This document shows, piece by piece, positions 23,407 through 35,000 of a DNA stretch of 64,000 bases. This stretch comes from Antedon mediterranea (lineage: Eukaryota > Animalia > Echinodermata): contig NC_092678.1 in the NCBI RefSeq assembly GCF_964355755.1, positions 2,930,422-2,994,421 on the forward strand. The letters run 5' to 3'. Numbering within the stretch: the first letter of the stretch is position 1; every line of letters begins with the position of its first letter. The notes under the pieces were generated by a model that saw only the letters and a list, made by a program, of their open reading frames with translations, made no database searches and was not told where the DNA came from. Both the position numbers and the translations under genes were made by a program.

Positions 23407-23973
23407 AAATTATAAGAATATTTCAGGGTATAAGCCCACCAATAAACATTCAACTCAGCCTAGGCTACAAATCATCTATTAATGAATAACTGTTCAGTAG
23501 TACAGTGTCCCTTGCTATTGTATGCAGCATATAGTGCATGCATAAAATATACTGACAATGAGCAATAATGAAATTTTGAGTAAATTAATCAGGTGGAGTG
23601 TCATACCATTTTTAAGACCCATTGTGTTACAAAGGTAAACAAAGGCAAATACAAGAATCACTGAAGTATACAATACTGTTGGTATGTGTACTCTTTTCTA
23701 GTGTACAAATATCAAGTTCTCTGAAGTTAAAAACAGATTCATAACTGCATAATATGAATAACTCGCAAAGCAATAAGTTTTATTTAATTATAATTACATG
23801 GGAATAAAAAAGAAGCAGTTGCAGAATTTATTTCAGAAATATTCTTGACAGAAATAATTATTATTTAAAAGCAATATTTCTATTCTACAGTAATGGAATA
23901 ATCCATTTAAGGAAGTTAAACTTCAAATACTAAGTTTGAATTATTGAGCATTATATTATTACAATTTGCAGTC

Positions 23974-25479
23974 ATGGTGGGAAATAAACTTGCTGATATT
24001 TTGTGGATTATTTCACTCATAACAAATATATTGCAAACAAACCAAGAGGAATATAGAATATTGATAGGAGATTCACATGAACGTGTACCTGTCACTGAAG
24101 GTGATATAATCCACCTCCAATGTACTGATCAAACTTTGACAGGGGATCACTACATCATCTGGAACAGAGCCATTCTGTTCAATTCAGATAAAACAGAGAT
24201 TTACAGAAATGGAATGCTATCGACCTCTGACCTAGGACAAGAAGCATTGGCATACTCACTTAACAACTCCACTGAAGTTGAATTTACAATAACCATTGCA
24301 CAAGGGCTTGAACAATATCTTAACTTAAATGTGTATAGATGTGAAGTAATACCAACTAGTACTGGTGATGAATTAAAAGATATAACTGGTTCTGTCCTTC
24401 TGGAAGTAAGATATCCACCACCAGCACCATATCCCCTTTGTACTTCTATTGGTTATCAGAGTGATTTAATTGGACAAAACATTACCTTGACCTGCAGAAC
24501 ACAGCCAGGTTATCCATCAATAACAATTCAATGGTGGAGAAATGAAGTCATGGTTTTGAATGAAAATGTAACATATGATAGTAACTTGAGATTTACAGAA
24601 TACTTATTGAACTACACATTTACTCTTCAACAACTAGATTTAGAGGCAACATACCAATGTAGGGTCAATTGGATGGAGGATGGTAAAAAATGTACAGTAG
24701 CGGAAACATCTCAGACAACAATACCAACAACAGAAATATTCACCACATCAATACAAGAGACATTGACCACATCAATACCAGAGACATTGATCACATCAAC
24801 ATCAATTAAGTTGGCTACTGCAGGTAAAATTACTCTGAAGCTGCAATCCTCTGTGACAGATGGAACCACAGCAAACACAACTTCTACCACTGACACTGAA
24901 GAAGAATCTTCTAATGACGGCAGCATAATAATATATCTATTTGCTATTCCAGCTGTTATTTGTGTTTGTCTTCTAGTGTTTCTAATTTGTGGTGTCTTGA
25001 AGAAACAAGCTGGAAAAGGAAACTCTACAACAAATGGTGATAAAATGCAGATGAAGCATTCCACTAAAAGTAAGGGATTATACAGAGAGTCTAACCCCAT
25101 GTATCATTTATCAGCTTCAAAGAATCAACCAGAATTTATGATACAGCCAGATCTGAAGACATCATCTGACACACGCAATAGAAGTGACGCCTATTCCCAG
25201 GTAGTTCCAAAATCAATGAGAAATTCCAAATTACAGCAAGTTAAGGAGTCTGAATATCCTACAGAAGATGACAACGGTATGGTTGATAACAACATATATG
25301 AAGGTGGGTTTGAAGTTACAGAATCACAGAATGGAATCTCGAGAAATGCTAATATGCAGCAAGATAAGGAGTCTGAATGTCCATCAGAAGATGACCATGT
25401 AATGGTTGAAAACAACAGTTATGGAGGTGTGAATGACATCACAGAATCACAGAATGGAGAAATACCCGCAATTGATTAA
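23974..25479 (+). CDS. Ig receptor R8, class A
   Basis: ATG at 23974 (MVGNKLADILW); tail NPMY, DAYSQVV, DNNIYEG, ENNSYGG. Confidence 0.9.
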   Translation: MVGNKLADILWIISLITNILQTNQEEYRILIGDSHERVPVTEGDIIHLQCTDQTLTGDHYIIWNRAILFNSDKTEIYRNGMLSTSDLGQEALAYSLNNSTEVEFTITIAQGLEQYLNLNVYRCEVIPTSTGDELKDITGSVLLEVRYPPPAPYPLCTSIGYQSDLIGQNITLTCRTQPGYPSITIQWWRNEVMVLNENVTYDSNLRFTEYLLNYTFTLQQLDLEATYQCRVNWMEDGKKCTVAETSQTTIPTTEIFTTSIQETLTTSIPETLITSTSIKLATAGKITLKLQSSVTDGTTANTTSTTDTEEESSNDGSIIIYLFAIPAVICVCLLVFLICGVLKKQAGKGNSTTNGDKMQMKHSTKSKGLYRESNPMYHLSASKNQPEFMIQPDLKTSSDTRNRSDAYSQVVPKSMRNSKLQQVKESEYPTEDDNGMVDNNIYEGGFEVTESQNGISRNANMQQDKESECPSEDDHVMVENNSYGGVNDITESQNGEIPAID

Positions 25480-25701
25480 GTGCTCTTATAGAATCATTCC
25501 GCATTGGTACTGTGATTTAGAAGAAGATAGTGTATCAATTCTATCTCTTTTGCACATGCACAATATTAAAGAACTAACATTGTATATAATTGCTTTCCAA
25601 TTGGACTTAAACATCATGAATGCCCTGTAGTGTAACCAAAACAAAGCATCTTAGGTTTTATTTTGGTGGGTGAGTCATGGTTTTGAGTAGGTGGCACTTA
25701 A

Positions 25702-26118
25702 AGACCCCTTCCCTGCAATTTTGGACGTTTTTTGGAAAATAATACATATATATCACTTTAAAAACATTAAACCATGTCATTCCTCGTCTTAAATGTACGT
25801 TTTATGGTAAATTATGATAAAAAGTGAGAAACCATGCACTACCTAAGTAGCTCGCGGCGATCGACCTCTCGTGGACGGTCTTAGGCCTAGCCTAGCTAGG
25901 CTTAGTTTTGTAGGCCTAGCTGGTAAACATCGATAACGTACGAACATCGTACGCTAGCTATATACCTAGCCTGACGTTGTATAGTTGCTGCATTAATTGT
26001 CTTTCTATTTTTGCCAGACTCCGTTGATACAAATTGGGGAAAACCCGGTATTTTCGCTGAAAAGTTAGGAGTCTTCCATTTGTTTTGGCTTCACGATCGA
26101 TCGAAAAGTGGGCGAATT
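25702..26118. mobile_element. Truncated element inserted at TTAA (Kolobok-like end)
   Basis: Homology with the paralogous flank ends exactly at TTAA 25698-25701. Element begins agaccccttccctgc; no matching right end found. Confidence 0.55.
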
Positions 26119-27433
26119 ACTGGCATACTCACTTAACAATTCCACTCAAGTTGAATATACAATATCAATCACAAAAGGGCTTGGGCATATTCTTCACTTA
26201 AATAGGTATGAGTGTAAAGTAATAGCATCAAGCACTGGTGATGAATTAATAGATATAACTGGTCATGTAATTCTGCCTATAGAATTTCCGCCACCAGCAC
26301 CATATCCTCTATGTACTTCTACTGGTTACCAGAGTGATTTAATTGGAAAAAATGTTACCTTGACCTGTACAACACAGTCAGGTCATCCAACAATAACTAT
26401 TCAATGGTGGAGAAATGAAGTCATGGTTCGGAGTGGAAAAGTGGAATATAATAGTAACATGAGATTTACAGAATACTCATTGGACTACATCTTTAATCTT
26501 CAACAAGAAGAATTAGAGGCAACATACCAATGTAGGGTCATTTGGATGGAGGATGTTACAAAATGTACAGTACAAGAAACATCTCAGACAACAATATTAC
26601 CAACAACGGCAGAGATATTTACCACACCAACACGGAAGACATTGACCACATCAACACTGGAGATATTGACCACACCAACACGGAAGACATTGACCACATC
26701 AACACTAGAGATATTGACCACATCAACATCAGAAACATTGACCACACAAAAACTGGAGATATTGACCACATCAACTGCAGGTAAAACTACTCAAAAACTG
26801 CAAACCTCTATAACAGATGGAACAACAGCAAACACAACCTCTCCTAATGGCACTGAAGAATCTGCTTCTAATGACGGCAGCATAATAATATATTTATTTG
26901 CTATTCCAGCTGTTATTTGTGCTTGTCTTCTATTGTTTGCAATTTGTGTTGTTTTAAAGAAACGAGCTGCAAAAGGAAAGTCTACAACAGATGGTGAAGT
27001 ACAGATGAAGTATTCCAATAAAAGTAAGAGATTATACAGAGAGTCTAACCCCATGTATAATGGATCAGCTACAAAGAATCAACCAGAATTTATGATACAG
27101 ACAGATCTGAAGACATCACCTGACACACGCAATAGAAGTGACGCCTATGCTCAGGTAGTTCCAAAATCAATGAGAAATTCCAAATTACAGCAAGTTAAGG
27201 AGTCTGAATATCCTACAGAAGATGCCAATGGTATGTTTGATAACAACATATATGAAGGTGGGTTTGAAGTTACAGAATCACAGAATGGAATCTCGAGAAA
27301 TGCTAATATGCAGCAAGATAAGGAGTCTGAATGTCCATCAGAAGATGACCATGTAATGGTTGAAAACAACATTTATGGAGGCATGAATGACATGACAGAA
27401 TCACAGAATAGAGAAATACCCGCAATTGATTAA
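26119..27433 (+). pseudogene. Ig receptor R9, class A, 5'-truncated
   Basis: Homology begins mid-Ig1 (LAYSLNNST) directly after unrelated, more GC-rich element sequence. No promoter element, ATG, signal peptide or first Ig Cys; the rest of the frame is open. Confidence 0.82.
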
Positions 27434-27650
27434 GTGCTCTTATAGAATCATTTCCGCATTGGTACTGTGACTTAGAAGAAGATAGTGTATCAATTCTATC
27501 TCTTTTGCACATGCACAATATTAAAGAACTAACATTGTATATAATTGCTTTCCAATTGGACTTCATGAAAGTCCTGTAGTTTAACCAAAACAAAGCATCT
27601 TAGGTTTATTTTTGGTGGGTGAGTCATGGTTTTGAGTAGGTGGCACTTAA

Positions 27651-28775
27651 AATGGACCTGAAATGGAATTTCGATTTTCAAGAAATTCACACATGTTATT
27701 TAAATGTATCAAATTAACACAAACCCATACAAATAAAAACAAAATGTATAGTATTTTGAGTAAAAACGAAATTTTAAGATACCATGGTAAATTAGCGAAA
27801 ATTACTCACGCCATTGCAATATTCTATTTCAACGGCCGTCGGAAGCCTCTATATTCACGATGTCACATATACACACGATGATATCGAGAGCGTGTATGCC
27901 GCCAGATAGTCAGTGAATGATCGACGGCCTGGAAAGATACGCGAAGCGTTGACACTAATACTAATTTATTCAATATCTAATGTTGTTGAAATATAGGTCC
28001 CTAAAATGTACTTCGTTTGTTCTAAAACCCGAATTTAGAAGGCCTACCTCCCAAACCTTTACTAGGCCTAGGCCCCCAATCCAGTGCGCGGAGTCGATCC
28101 ACCACCCACATCATGCGGCGAGGCTCCGTTTCATGTGCATCCAAGGACCAAAGCGATATCAACAACTTGCTGCGCTCATTGTCAAGCCAAAGTAAAATGA
28201 ATAAAATTTGTTTTCGAACTGCCTGATTCGTGACAAATAAATTATCATCTCATATTACTAATTTAATTCTGCTAAACTAAAAACTAAAGAAACTAACACA
28301 TTTTAGCAGTATAAATTACGAACGATACAAAATACACGAACGGAAAATATGGATACGCATCATTGCGCACGGAGCTGTATCCCGGACAACGTTGCCAGGC
28401 CAACTTCGGTATTGTCAGAAAAAAACCGTTGATTTTAAGATTTTAAATCGTCATTTACTCGATGAATAACCGTTTATACGGTAATAATTTTATCTAAAAA
28501 AATTCTAAATACGTTTCTGCAAATGCACAAGCATTTTTTAGAAAATACTCCATAGATTTCAAGAGTTATAGCCAAAAAACTGCAAATTGTCCATTGGAGG
28601 GATAGGAATATATTCGCAAAGTGACGTCACCCGCGAATTTTTTTGATTTTCAAATGGGGCTTTCCCCAAAAGGGCCAATTTATATTTTGTAACAATATAC
28701 ATTCTAGCAACACCTAATAGCCCCCAAAACATCATTCTAAAATGAAAAAAATCGAAAATCCATTTCAGGTCCATT
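27651..28775. mobile_element. Non-autonomous TTAA DNA transposon (Kolobok-like)
   Basis: 28-bp TIR AATGGACCTGAAATGGAWTTTCGATTTT (1 mismatch), TTAA on both sides. Purine-purine start fits Kolobok rather than piggyBac (CC). Confidence 0.85.
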
Positions 28776-29304
28776 TTAAAGAAATAAAGAATTGAACAAT
28801 GCAAATATAAGCATATTAAACAGCAATTAATAAATAACTTTACAGTAGACTTGTCCCTTGCTTTTGCATAAATCATATACTGCATGTACGAGTAACAATG
28901 TAATTTCAATATTAATTGAAATAATTCAGGTGGAGTGTCATACCATTTTAAGATCCATTGTGTTACAAAGATAAACAAAGGCAATAAAAGGCTCAGTGAA
29001 GTATATGCAATACTTTTGGTATGTGTACTCTTTTTCTACACAAAATATAAAAGTTCTTAGAAGAGAAAACCAGAGTCTTACTTGCATATAAATAACTGAA
29101 GCAATAGGATTTAATTCACTATAGCATGGAAATAAAAAAAAACAGTTGCAGAATTTATTTCAACAATATTATTGACAGAAATACAGTAATTATTATTTAT
29201 AAGCAATATTCATATTCTATATTAATGGAATATTCCATTTAAGGAAGTTAATTTCTAATATTTAAGTTAGACAATTGAGCATTAGATTATTAGGAACTTC
29301 AATC

Positions 29305-30867
29305 ATGGTGGGGGATAAACTTGTTGATATTTTGTGGATTATTTCACTCATAACAAATGTATTGCAAACAACACAAGAGGAACATAGAATATTGATAGGA
29401 AACTCAACTGAATTTGTACATGCCACTGAAGGTGATATAATCAACCTCCAATGTACTAATCAAACTTTGATTGAGGATCATTACATCATCTGGTCAAGAG
29501 AAACTCAATATTCTGGAGCTGAAAGAGATATTTACAGAAATGGAACACTATTAACCTCCGACCTTGGCCAAGAAGCACTGGCCTACTCACTTAACAACTC
29601 CACTGAATTTGAATTTACAATATCAGTTGCAAGTGGACTTGAACAATTTATTAACTTAAATAATTACAGATGTAAAGTCATAGCAACAAATACTAGTAAT
29701 GAATTAATAGATATAACTGGTGATGTCACTCTGTCTATACAATATCCACCACCAGCACCATATCCTCTTTGTAATTCTACTGGTTACCAGAGTGATTTAA
29801 TTGGACAAAATGCTACCTTGACCTGTACAACACAGCCAGGTTATACAACAATAAGCATTGAATGGCAGAAAAATGATGCAATGGTTTTGAGTAGAGATAT
29901 AGAATATAATGATAGAGAGAGATTTACAGAATACTCATTGAACTACACTTTTACTCTTCAACAAGAAGATTTAGAGGCAACATACCAATGTAGGGTCACA
30001 TGGAAGGAAGATTTTACAACATGTATAATACAGGAAACATCTCTGACAACAATATCAACAACAGATGGAAACACAACCTCTACCAATGACACTAAAGAAT
30101 CTTCTTCTTTAAATGAAGTCAGCATAATAATATATCTATTTGCTATTCCAGCTGTTATTTGTATTTGTCTTCTATTGTTTCTAATTTGTGGTGTCTTGAA
30201 GAAACAAGATGGAAAAGGAAAGTCTACAACAAATGGTGATAAAATGCAGATGAAGTATTCCAATAAAAGTAAGGGATTATACAGAGAGTCTAACCCCATG
30301 TATCATTTATCAGCTTCAAAGAATCAACCAGAATTTATGATACAGACAGATCTGAAGACATCATCTGACAAGCGCAATAGAAGTGACGCCTATGCTCAAG
30401 TAGTTCCAAAATCAATAAGAAATTCAAAATTACAGCAAGATAAGGAGTCTGAATATCCTACAGAAGATGACAATGGTATGATTGATAACAACATATATGA
30501 AGGTGGATTTGAAGTTACAGAATCACAGAATGGAAGCTTGAGAAATAACAATATGCAGCAGCATAAGCCATCTGAAGAAGACAATGGTATGGTGGAAAAT
30601 AACATTTATGGAGATGTGATTGACGTTACAGAATCTCAGAATGGAAGCTTGACAAATGCTAATACGCAGAAAGATAAGCAGTCTGAATGTCCATCTGAAG
30701 AAAACAATGGTATGGTGGAAAATAACATTTATGGAGATGTGATTGACGTTACTGAATCCCAGAATGGAAGCTTGAGAAATGCTAATACGCAGAAAGATAA
30801 GGAGTCTGAATGTCCATCTGAAGATGACCATGTAATGGTTGATAACAACATATATGACGGTGTATAA
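29305..30867 (+). CDS. Ig receptor R10, class A, four NxxY tail modules
   Basis: ATG at 29305; tail NPMY, DAYAQVV, DNNIYEG, 2x ENNIYGD, terminal DNNIYDGV. Confidence 0.9.
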   Translation: MVGDKLVDILWIISLITNVLQTTQEEHRILIGNSTEFVHATEGDIINLQCTNQTLIEDHYIIWSRETQYSGAERDIYRNGTLLTSDLGQEALAYSLNNSTEFEFTISVASGLEQFINLNNYRCKVIATNTSNELIDITGDVTLSIQYPPPAPYPLCNSTGYQSDLIGQNATLTCTTQPGYTTISIEWQKNDAMVLSRDIEYNDRERFTEYSLNYTFTLQQEDLEATYQCRVTWKEDFTTCIIQETSLTTISTTDGNTTSTNDTKESSSLNEVSIIIYLFAIPAVICICLLLFLICGVLKKQDGKGKSTTNGDKMQMKYSNKSKGLYRESNPMYHLSASKNQPEFMIQTDLKTSSDKRNRSDAYAQVVPKSIRNSKLQQDKESEYPTEDDNGMIDNNIYEGGFEVTESQNGSLRNNNMQQHKPSEEDNGMVENNIYGDVIDVTESQNGSLTNANTQKDKQSECPSEENNGMVENNIYGDVIDVTESQNGSLRNANTQKDKESECPSEDDHVMVDNNIYDGV

Positions 30868-31387
30868 TTTATCAAGTAAAAACACAGAAATGCCACTAAC
30901 TGAACTAAATTATATTTAATACAGTTGAATATGTTAATAGGGCAACTATGTATGTAATTTGTTTATATGAGAGAATTTATTAGTAAAAATAAGTATTGGA
31001 TTAAGGAAGTAAAATAGGTGCACTAATTTAAAATGATGAATACAGTAAAAGTTCTTACTCAACCAGGCATATCTTAGTGCTTCTAAATACATACTGTTGA
31101 AAACCACCAATTTTCCATACCAGGTCTGTAAAATCTTTGTTAATTGCAGTGTGAACAATTCTTTTGTTAAGTATTGCTTTAACAACCAATATAAAAAAGA
31201 GATAACATCAACCTGTGGTTTCCTTATCATCCAATAAAGGAAGTACTGTATATAAATTCACATTACTGCAGAATATGTATATATTGGGAATTAAAAATAA
31301 TTGTTATTCTATATTATATTCTATATTTGGTATGTTTCAATGCCAGTGAAAATAAAGGAAGTCTAAGTCTAAATTTACATTACTTTA

Positions 31388-31545
31388 GAACTATGTATAT
31401 TTAGGGGAACTATGTATATTTGGGGGAACTATGTATATTTGGGGGAACTATGTATATTTAGGTGAACTATGTATATTTAGGGGAACTATGTATATTTGGG
31501 GGAACTATCTATATTTGAGGGAACTATCTATATTTGGGGGAATTC
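31388..31545. repeat. 20-bp minisatellite
   Basis: gaactatgtatattt(a/g)gggg, about 8 copies. Confidence 0.9.
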
Positions 31546-31711
31546 CTATTATTTGTTTTATTCTATATTTTATATATTTTATTTTGTTAGTAAAAATAAA
31601 GCATTCTTTAAAATATTGAACAATATTTTAAATAAATTTAATTTAGTATTATATATTATGTTATAATATGTGATCCTCACTAAAGGCCGATCACCACTTG
31701 ATTTACATTTA

Positions 31712-31803
31712 AAGCTCTGTCTACACTATCAAACTAGTTTGACAAAAAGTGTGATGTGCCCAAATATGGTAGTGATATGACATCATCATGTACATATATG
31801 GGC
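31712..31803. mobile_element. MITE family 1, truncated
   Basis: aagctctgtctacactatcaaactagtttgac; right TIR missing. Confidence 0.75.
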
Positions 31804-32035
31804 TTAAGTTAACTACAGTAAATTTTATAGTTTTAGTTTTGTTATCATTATTAGATAAAGTTATGTTAAAAAGTGTATGTAGTGTAGTGTATACATCTAT
31901 ATTGTTTATCACATAATCACTAAAAATAATTTCATCGCTATGTGCCTAAATATATATTAAATAAACAATCAAAAAATTGTCAGGAAAAGCATTCAATAAT
32001 AGCTGAAATAAAAGATAATTGTGTAAATGTATTAC

Positions 32036-35000
32036 CTGTCTTCTCTGTGAAACAATTTTGCATTGTACTTTTTGTTCGTTCGTTGGCAGCTTCTTCCACA
32101 TCTCAGCTGTCGTGTCATACTTCTGTTTCAGGCGAGGATATTTTCGATACAGGTTTTTGGTAATAAATAACTTAACGCCAATAAAAAAACCTTTAAAAGT
32201 GCAATGAAAAAATAAGTTTTATATATGATAGAATAAAGGTTTACATTGATGATGATGCTGTTGATATGATGATGACCTTTACGTTGATGATGATGATGAA
32301 AATGATGATGATGAAAATGATGATGATGATCTTTATGTTGAGGATGATGAAAATAATGATGATTTTTACATTAATGATGATGAAAATAATGATGATTTTT
32401 ACGTTGATGATGAAAATAATGATAATGATCTTTACGTTATGATGATGAAAGTAATGATAATGATCTTTCTGTTTTAATGATAATGATCTTTACGTTGTTG
32501 ATGATGCTGTTGATAATGATGTTGCTGATGTTACAACAAAAGAATCACTCACCTGCATAGGTAAGAAGCGTTGAAGCCGAAACAAAAAGTGATAATATAA
32601 AGCCAGCACATATATTTTTATAAAGAGATTTTGTAACTTGTACGTCACTCCATGATATTAAGCTAAAATATATAAAACATTATCATTATTTTACTTTACT
32701 TCTCAGAAACATGCTGCAATATAATATAATATTTTTGGGAAGAAAATAAATATAAAAATACCCCAGTTCCCAAAAACATTGCAATGAATTTTAAGAAACA
32801 GACTACAATACAAAAATGGGAAAGATATCACAAATCGTTTTTAAAGTTGAAAATAAAAATAGTTTGAAAGTTTTTTTTCTTAAATTAATCTACAAAAATT
32901 TTTTTTTTAATGCAATAAGTTTGTTTAGCAGTAATTATTTACAATGAACATGATTTCAGGCCTATTAATATCATACTTTTGTAGTTTTTCAAGACCATCA
33001 GCAACATCTCCAAGCAGGTTTTGAGCCTTCTTTGCAACCTGTAAGACTAGGTGAAATTTGTCTGGCATGCCTAATGATTTTTCTTCTTCAGTATCCTGAA
33101 TTAATGGTAAAGTAAAAAACATGATAAAAAGATTCTTCTTGCAATAATGCAACATAAAGTAAATAAATAACCTGACAAAGACTGTTTTTCATTCATAAAA
33201 TGTTGTAACAAAAAAGTTGCACAACGTAACTTGCCTCTTCAATAGTATGGTAGGGCAAAAGAGAAAACTCTATATTCCAACCTCTGAAAAAAGAATGACA
33301 AAAAAAGAAGAGAGATATTATATACATGATTTAAATTGATTTCTTAGATGAAAATGGAAATACAGAATTAGGTATGAACTGTAACAAAAAACATTTGAAA
33401 GATATTTGATAGTTAATATACATGACTAATTAGGATAATTAGAGCTAACTATCTAAAAGGTGTATGATAGAGAACATATATTGATTTGTATTGGGACATT
33501 GGATTTGAAACTGCTAGAACTACATACACTTTAGCCGCAAACATTCATTGCTTAGTAATCTTTGAGCAAGTATAAAATAATGGTGATTCTTACCTGGATA
33601 TTAAGTACGTTTTTGAGAAATGCCAGAGAATTAAACCAAACAGGACGGTGAGAAACCAGCCACTATAGATGGCATACATGTACAGCTAAAAAGAAAAGAA
33701 AATTAATCTAATTAATTAGCCTGTTTTACGCCACTTGAAATTGAGGTAGCACAACGGTGAGTTAATTGTTTAAGGAAAATTTAAAGTAATTTAAAAATAT
33801 TGACATGGACTGAGTTTACAGTATAGTTATCTGGTACTACAGTACTACAACAAAACAAAACATCTGCACATGCACCAAACAAAAATATATTTATTGTAAA
33901 AAAGTTTTAGAACTTATGATAAACTGTGTATGTGTACGCTTATATCAATTTTGTTAAGTTTTTAATCATGCACAGATGTCGGACATGCTTGACTGCTTTC
34001 ATAGCCTATTTAAAGCAATGACACATAATAATATTGATAACTACACAACTCATATTCATTAACGTTTTCTAATAATTACACTTCCAGAAAAATAATCATG
34101 ACTAGATGGAATTAATGACAAGAATATTGTACAATGTTATATAAAGTGTAATTATATATTACAAGAAATGTCAAGGGCAATAAGTATGTAAATTAAAATT
34201 CGTCTTAATGTTTTTTCCGTCTCCGGTTTTGTCTTTAATGGGCCTGGGTGTCTACAACTGGGTGTCTGAGTTACATTTTTTGTGGATTCTTTCTTTGTGT
34301 TATGTAATTGTTTTCTCTGTAAATATATATGTGTGTATTACCACAGATAAAGACAATTAAAATCAATGGGAATTGATTATGGCATAATTGGGTACCATGG
34401 ACAGAGTGAAACACTAAAGTGAAAGCAACAAAAATGCAATTTAACAATCTGCTCATTAAATGCCTTAATGAGATCTAAATAATTTGAATTACAAGATATC
34501 AACTTCTAAAAGAAGATTTTTTTGTTTTTTGTTTGTTTTTTTTAATTCATTTCAACAGTTAACTCTTGTATATCTATGGGCTTCAAAAATATCTGATTTA
34601 CCTGGCATACATTTTAGAATGAAACTACAGCCACTTTGCCAAATATTTGATGCCATTGTAGTTTTAAAATAAAATAATTTGGATAGATGACAAAACACAT
34701 AAATAATACATTAATTGCACTGATGAAGGGCTATTGTTGCCAGAAAGCTCTGAAAATTGTTTTGGCTGTTTTACTTTATCGTTTTGATTTAGCTTTTTGT
34801 GTATTTTATATCCCATTGGGATCTAGCCACTGATACCCACAGCATTGTAATTGTTTACAGTATCTTGCCTTTGGATTAATACTACATTACTTAAATAATG
34901 TAGTTTATTTACTGATGTCTTTTAAACTCACCATAAACGCAATAAACGTTGAGGCAGGGGATTGCCACGACATCAACGCAGATAAAACTTTTAAGTACAA

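Noticed and set aside
677-30867. Somatic V(D)J-type rearrangement
   Set aside because: Each unit is a complete gene; no heptamer-spacer-nonamer signals or separate J segments noticed.
30946-31250. Candidate further GRAMD4 exons
   Set aside because: Splice-like signals exist but no frame gives a convincing GRAM-domain match; left uncalled.
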